Assembly: GCA_964016885.1 (NCBI GenBank) | Contig: OZ024741.1 | Location: forward strand, 273,482,001-273,546,000 | DNA length: 64,000 nt | Source of the DNA: Eledone cirrhosa | Taxonomy: Eukaryota | Reading direction: 5' to 3' | Part shown: in pieces, positions 57,637 through 64,000 of the stretch | Layout of the letters: the number at the start of each line of letters is the position of its first letter | Numbering within the stretch: the stretch's first letter is position 1 | Notes under the pieces: model-generated | What the model was told of the DNA's origin: nothing | Database searches by the model: none | Seen by the model: the letters and a program-made list of their open reading frames with translations, nothing else | Position numbers and translations under genes: made by a program

Positions 57637-58929
57637 GTGTCACTATGTCACCGCTATCAGACTAGATAGTGTCTGTAAAGTGTCTGTATGTCACTATGTC
57701 ACGGCCATCAGACCAGATAGTGTCTGTAAAGTGTCTGTATGTCACCATGTCACCGCTATCAGACCAGATAGGGTCTGTATGTCACTATGTCACCGTTATC
57801 AGACCAGATAGTGTCTGTAAAGTGTCTGTGTGTCACTATGTCACCGCTATCAGACCAGATAGTGTCTGTAAAGTGTCTGTATGTCACTATGTCACCGTTA
57901 TCAGACCAGATAGTGTCTGTAAAGTGTCTGTATGTCACTATGTCACCGTTATCAGACCAGATAGTGTCTGTAAAGTGTCTGTATGTCACCATGTCACCGC
58001 TATCAGACCAGATAGGGTCTGTATGTCACTATGTCACCGTTATCAGACCAGATAGTGTCTGTATGTCACTGTGTCACTGTTATCAGACCAGATAGTGTCT
58101 GTAAAGTGTCTGTATATCACTATGTCACAGTTATCAGACCAGATAGTGTCTGTAAAGTGTCTGTATGTCACTGTGTCACCGCTATCAGACCAGACAGTGT
58201 CTGTAATGTGGCTGTATGTCACTATGTCACAGCTATCAGACCAGATAGTGTCTGTAATGTGTCTGTATGTCACTATGTCACCGCTATCAGGCCAGATAGT
58301 GTCTGTATGTCACTGTGTCACTGTTATCAGACCAGATAGTGTCTGTAAAGTGTCTGTATGTCACTATGTCACCGTTATCAGAGCAGATAGTGTCTGTAAA
58401 GTGTCTGTATGTCACGGTGTCACCGCTATCAGACCAGACAGTGTCTATAATGTGACTGTATGTCACTATGTCACCGCTATCAGGCCAGATAGTGTCTGTA
58501 TGTCACTGTGTCACTGTTATCAGACCAGATAGTGTCTGTAAAGTGTCTGTATGTCACTATGTCACCGTTATCACACCAGATAGTGTCTGTAAAGTGTCTG
58601 TATGTCACTGTGTCACCGCTATCAGACCAGATAGTGTCTGTAATGTGGCTGTATGTCACTATGTCACCGCTATCAGACCAGATAGTGTCTGTAAAGTGTC
58701 TGTATGTCACTATGTCACTGTTATCAGACCAGATAGTGTCTGTAAAGTGTCTGTATGTCACTATGTCAACGCTATCAGACCAGATAGTGTCTGTAATGTG
58801 TCTGTATGTCACTATGTCACCGCTATCAAACCAGATAGTGTCTATATGTCACTATGTCACCGCTATCAGACCAGACAGTGTCTGTAAAGTGTTTGTATGT
58901 CACTATATCACTTTTATCAGACCAGATAG

Positions 58930-61900
58930 TGTCTGCAATGTGGCTGTATGTAACTATGTCACCGCTATCAGACCAGATAGTGTCTGTAGGTCACTATGTC
59001 ACCGCTATCAGACCAGATAGTGTCTGTAAAGTGTCTGTATGTCACTATGTCACCGCTATCAGACCAGATAGTGACTGTAAAGTGTCTGTATGTCACTGTG
59101 TCACCGCTATCAGACCAAATAGTGTCTGTAAAGTGTCTGTATGTCACTATGTCACCGCTATCAGACCAGATAGTGTCTGTAAAGTGTCTGTATGTCACTA
59201 TATCACCGCTATCAGACAAGATAGTGTCTGTAAAGTGCCTGTATGTCACTATGTCATCGCTATCAGACCAGATAGTGTCTGTAATGTGGCTGTATGTCAC
59301 TGTGTCACCGCTATCAGACCAGATAGTGTCTGTAAAGTGTCTGTATATCACTATGTCACTGTTATCAGACCATATAGTGTCTGTAAAGTGTCTGTATGTC
59401 ACTATGTCACCGCTATCAGACAAGATAGTGTCTGTAATGTGGCTGTATGTCACTATGTCACCGCTATCAGACCAGATAGTGTCTGTATGTCACTATGTCA
59501 CAGCTATCAGACCAGATAGTGTCTGTAAAGTGTTTGTATGTTACTATGTCACCGCTATCAGACCAGATAGTGTCTGTAAAGTGTCTGTATGTCACTATGT
59601 CACCGTTATCAGACCAGATAGTGTCTGTAAAGTGTCTGTATGTCACTATATCACCGCTATCAGACAAGATAGTCTCTGTAAAGTGTCTGTATGTCACTAT
59701 GTCATCGCTATCAGACCAGATAGTGTCTGTAATGTGGCTGTATGTCACTGTGTCACCGCTATCAGACCAGATAGTGTCTGTAAAGTGTCTGTATGTCACT
59801 ATGTCACCGCTATCAGACCAGATAGTGTCTGTAAAGTGTCTGTATGTCACTATGTCACCGCTATCAGACCACATAGTGTCTGTAAAGTGTCTGTATGTCA
59901 CTATGTCACAGTTATCAGACCAGATAGTGTCTGTAAAGTGTCTGTATGTCACTATGTCACCGCTATCAGACTAGATGGTGTCTGTAAAGTGGTTGTATGT
60001 CACTATGTCACTGTTATCAGACCAGATAGTGTCTGTAAAGTGGTGGTATGTCACTATGTCACCGCTATCAGACCAGATGGTGTCTGTAATGTGGTTGTAT
60101 GTCACTGTGTCACCGTTATCAGACCAGATAGTGTCTGTAAAGTGTCTGTATGTCACTATGTCAACGTTATCAGACCAGACAGTGTCTGTAATGTGGCTGT
60201 ATGTCACTGTGTCACCGCTATCAGACCAGATAGTGTCTGTAAAGTGTCAGTATGTCACTATGTCACCGCTATTAGACAAGATAGTGTCTGTATGTCACTA
60301 TGTCACCGTTATCAAACCAGATAGTGTCTGTAATGTGGCTGTATGTCACTGTATCACCGTTATCAGACCAGATAGTGTCTGTAAAGTGTCTGTATGTCAC
60401 TATGTCACCGCTATCAGACCAGATAGTGTCTGTAAAGTGTCTGTATGTCACTGTGTCACCGCTATCAGACCAAATAGTGTCTGTAAAGTGTCTGTATGTC
60501 ACTATGTCACCGCTATCAGACCAGATAGTGTCTGTAAAGTGTCTGTATGTCACTATATCACCGCTATCAGACAAGATAGTGTCTGTAAAGTGCCTGTATG
60601 TCACTATGTCATCGCTATCAGACCAGATAGTGTCTGTAATGTGGCTGTATGTCACTGTGTCACCGCTATCAGACCAGATAGTGTCTGTAAAGTGTCTGTA
60701 TGTCACTATGTCACCGTTATCAGACCAGATAGTGTCTGTAAAGTGTCTGTATGTCACTATATCACCGCTATCAGACAAGATAGTCTCTGTAAAGTGTCTG
60801 TATGTCACTATGTCATCGCTATCAGACCAGATAGTGTCTGTAATGTGGCTGTATGTCACTGTGTCACCGCTATCAGACCAGATAGTGTCTGTAAAGTGTC
60901 TGTATGTCACTATGTCACCGCTATCAGACCAGATAGTGTCTGTAAAGTGTCTGTATGTCACTATGTCACCGCTATCAGACCACATAGTGTCTGTAAAGTG
61001 TCTGTATGTCACTATGTCACAGTTATCAGACCAGATAGTGTCTGTAAAGTGTCTGTATGTCACTATGTCACCGCTATCAGACTAGATGGTGTCTGTAAAG
61101 TGGTTGTATGTCACTATGTCACTGTTATCAGACCAGATAGTGTCTGTAAAGTGGTGGTATGTCACTATGTCACCGCTATCAGACCAGATGGTGTCTGTAA
61201 TGTGGTTGTATGTCACTATGTCACTGTTATCAGACCAGATAGTGTCTGTAAAGTGTCTGTATGTCACTATGTCACTGTTCTCTGACCAGATAGTGTCTGT
61301 GTGTCACTGTGTCACCGTTATCAGACCAGATAGTGTCTGTAAAGTGTCTGTATGTCACTATGTCACCGCTATCAGACCAGACAGTGTCTGTAATGTGGCT
61401 GTATGTCACTGTGTCACCGCTATCAGACCAGATAGTGTCTGTAAAGTGTCAGTATGTCACTATGTCACCGCTATTAGACAAGATAGTGTCTGTATGTCAC
61501 TATGTCACCGTTATCAGACCAGATAGTGTCTGTAATGTGGCTGTATGTCACTGTATCACCGTTATCAGACCAGATAGTGTCTGTAAAGTGTCTGTATGTC
61601 ACTATGTCACCGCTATCAGACCAGATAGTGTCTGTAAAGTGTCTGTATGTCACTGTGTCACCGCTATCAGACCAAATAGTGTCTGTAAAGTGTCTGTATG
61701 TCACTATGTCACCGCTATCAGACCAGATAGTGTCTGTAAAGTGTCTGTATGTCACTATATCACCGCTATCAGACAAGATAGTGTCTGTAAAGTGCCTGTA
61801 TGTCACTATGTCATCGCTATCAGACCAGATAGTGTCTGTAATGTGGCTGTATGTCACTGTGTCACCGCTATCAGACCAGATAGTGTCTGTAAAGTGTCTG

Positions 61901-64000
61901 TATATCACTATGTCACTGTTATCAGACCATATAGTGTCTGTAAAGTGTCTGTATGTCACTATGTCACCGCTATCAGACAAGATAGTGTCTGTAATGTGGC
62001 TGTATGTCACTATGTCACAGCTATCAGACCAGATAGTGTCTGTATGTCACTATGTCACAGCTATCAGACCAGATAGTGTCTGTAAAGTGTTTGTATGTTA
62101 CTATGTCACCGCTATCAGACCAGATAGTGTCTGTAAAGTGTCTGTATGTCACTATGTCACCGTTAACAGACCAGATAGTGTCTGTAAAGTGTCTGTATGT
62201 CACTATATCACCGCTATCAGACAAGATAGTGTCTGTAAAGTGTCCGTATGTCACTATGTCATCGCTATCAGACCAGATAGTGTCTGTAATGTGGCTGTAT
62301 GTCACTGTGTCACCGCTATCAGACCAGATAGTGTCTGTAAAGTGTCTGTATGTCACTATGTCACCGCTATCAGACCAGATAGTGTCTGTAAAGTGTCTGT
62401 ATGTCACTATGTCACCGCTATCAGACCACATAGTGTCTGTAAAGTGTCTGTATGTCACTATGTCACTGTTATCAGACCAGATAGTGTCTGTAAAGTGTCT
62501 GTATGTCACTATGTCACCGCTATCAGACTAGATGGTGTCTGTAAAGTGGTTGTATGTCACTATGTCACTGTTATCAGACCAGATAGTGTCTGTAAAGTGG
62601 TGGTATGTCACTATGTCACCGCTATCAGACCAGATGGTGTCTGTAAAGTGGTTGTATGTCACTATGTCACTGTTATCAGACCAGATAGTGTCTGTAATGT
62701 GGCTGTATGTAACTATGTCACCGCTATCAGACCAGATAGTGTCTGTAGGTCACTATGTCACCGCTATCAGACCAGATAGTGTCTGTAAAGTGTCTGTATG
62801 TCACTATGTCACCGCTATCAGACCAGATAGTGTCTGTAAAGTGTCTGTATGTCACTGTGTCACCGCTATCAGACCAAATAGTGTCTGTAAAGTGTCTGTA
62901 TGTCACTATGTCACCGCTATCAGACCAGATAGTGTCTGTAAAGTGTCTGTATGTCACTATGTCACCGCTATCAGACTAGATGGTGTCTGTAAAGTGGTTG
63001 TATGTCACTATGTCACTGTTATCAGACCAGATAGTGTCTGTAAAGTGGTGGTATGTCACTATGTCACCGCTATCAGACCAGATGGTGTCTGTAAAGTGGT
63101 TGTATGTCACTATGTCACTGTTATCAGACCAGATAGTGTCTGTAAAGTGTCTGTATGTCACTATGTCACTGTTATCTGACCAGATAGTGTCTGTGTGTCA
63201 CTGTGTCACCGTTATCAGACCAGATAGTGTCTGTAAAGTGTCTGTATGTCACTATGTCACCGCTATCAGACCAGACAGTGTCTGTAATGTGGCTGTATGT
63301 CACTGTGTCACCGCTATCAGACCAGATAGTGTCTGTAAAGTGTCAGTATGTCACTATGTCACCGCTATTAGACAAGATAGTGTCTGTATGTCACTATGTC
63401 ACCGTTATCAGACCAGATAGTGTCTGTAATGTGGCTGTATGTCACTGTATCACCGTTATCAGACCAGATAGTGTCTGTAAAGTGTCTGTATGTCACTATG
63501 TCACCACTATCAGACCAGATAGTGTCTGTAAAGTGTCTGTATGTCACTGTGTCACCGCTATCAGACCAAATAGTGTCTGTAAAGTGTCTGTATGTCACTA
63601 TATCACTGCTATCAGACAAGATAGTGTCTGTAAAGTGCCTGTATGTCACTATGTCATCGCTATCAGACCAGATAGTGTCTGTAATGTGGCTGTATGTCAC
63701 TGTGTCACCGCTATCAGACCAGATAGTGTCTGTAAAGTGTCTGTATATCACTATGTCACTGTTATCAGACCATATAGTGTCTGTAAAGTGTCTGTATGTC
63801 ACTATGTCACCGCTATCAGACAAGATAGTGTCTGTAATGTGGCTGTATGTCACTATGTCACCGCTATCAGACCAGATAGTGTCTGTATGTCACTATGTCA
63901 CAGCTATCAGACCAGATAGTGTCTGTAAAGTGTTTGTATGTTACTATGTCACCGCTATCAGACCAGATAGTGTCTGTAAAGTGTCTGTATGTCACTATGT
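58930..64000 (+). repeat. Mosaic of short internal duplications (offsets about 1111, 1894, 2557 and 3759 bp)
   Basis: Matching ORF pairs are 59971/61082, 61086/62980, 61309/63203, 59467/62024 and 58968/62727. Region-specific variants include GTGGTGGTATG and GTGTCAGTATG followed by ATTAGACAAG. Confidence 0.8.

Larger units (their letters stand above)
1..64000 (+). repeat. Tandem satellite/minisatellite array; 51-bp consensus ATCAGACCAGATAGTGTCTGTAAAGTGTCTGTATGTCACTATGTCACYGYT with interspersed 40-bp variant units
   Basis: The same unit reads continuously from base 1 to 64000 in one orientation, and most units differ from consensus by 0-3 substitutions. The 40-bp form reads GATAGTGTCTGTATGTCAC instead of GATAGTGTCTGTAAAGTGTCTGTATGTCAC. 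The ORF track shows only the matching 17-aa periodic translations. Confidence 0.99.

Noticed and set aside
1121-63853. Minus-strand ORFs encoding the repeat DIVTYRHFTDTIWSDSG
   Set aside because: These are the same periodicity artefact. They are ended by every 40-bp unit and by the common CTAG variant (Trp to stop).
15-63919. Plus-strand ORFs encoding the 17-aa Cys/His-rich repeat IRPDSVCKVSVCHYVT(A/V) or SDQIVSVKCLYVTMSPL (up to 625 aa), superficially like a metal-binding repeat protein
   Set aside because: The unit is 3x17 bp and stop-free in several frames at once. The 40-bp and 50-bp units shift the frame every few hundred bp, and nonsense variants are amplified. There is no unique N- or C-terminal domain and no visible preference for synonymous changes.
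1-64000. CRISPR array or other repeat-spacer memory system
   Set aside because: There are no unique spacers. All positions of the unit are conserved apart from point variants, and no leader or cas genes are present.
1-64000. Programmed frameshift or phase-variation cassette switching between the two open plus-strand frames
   Set aside because: A 40-bp unit does move the SDQIV frame into the IRPDS frame and then into a stop frame, but this follows from arithmetic alone. No promoter, expression locus or recombinase is visible.
1-64000. Telomeric repeat, rDNA/5S/tRNA array, or a named satellite family
   Set aside because: There is no G-rich telomere motif and no recognisable rRNA or tRNA sequence. 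I do not recognise the consensus, and a database search would be needed to assign it or call it new.
1-64000. Embedded transposon, inversion or unique island
   Set aside because: None was seen on reading through, and the ORF track contains no non-repeat peptide. The array could still sit inside a larger element whose ends lie outside the window.

Overview
The whole 64 kb window is one uninterrupted, same-orientation tandem repeat array that runs off both ends. I estimate roughly 1,250-1,300 units from length divided by unit size. The consensus unit is 51 bp: ATCAGACCAGATAGTGTCTGTAAAGTGTCTGTATGTCACTATGTCACYGYT (39-43% GC). A 40-bp variant lacking one copy of an internal 11-bp doublet occurs about every 5-18 units. 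I found no unique sequence, gene, RNA gene, transposon or CRISPR array. The ORFs are a by-product of a unit length divisible by 3 that is stop-free in 3 of 6 frames. The information lies in the order of variant units. It shows kb-scale tandem duplications (periods 907, 1830, 1870, 2313, 2808 and 3340 bp), dispersed mosaic copies, a change of variant set near 49.5 kb, and 40-bp units formed at rearrangement junctions. Apart from three rare 1-bp deletions, the only length change I saw is the 11-bp one, about one helical turn. The array is most consistent with eukaryotic satellite or minisatellite DNA, but the host and repeat family cannot be determined from the sequence. I see no support for a novel gene system, and the functional ideas below are labelled as inference.
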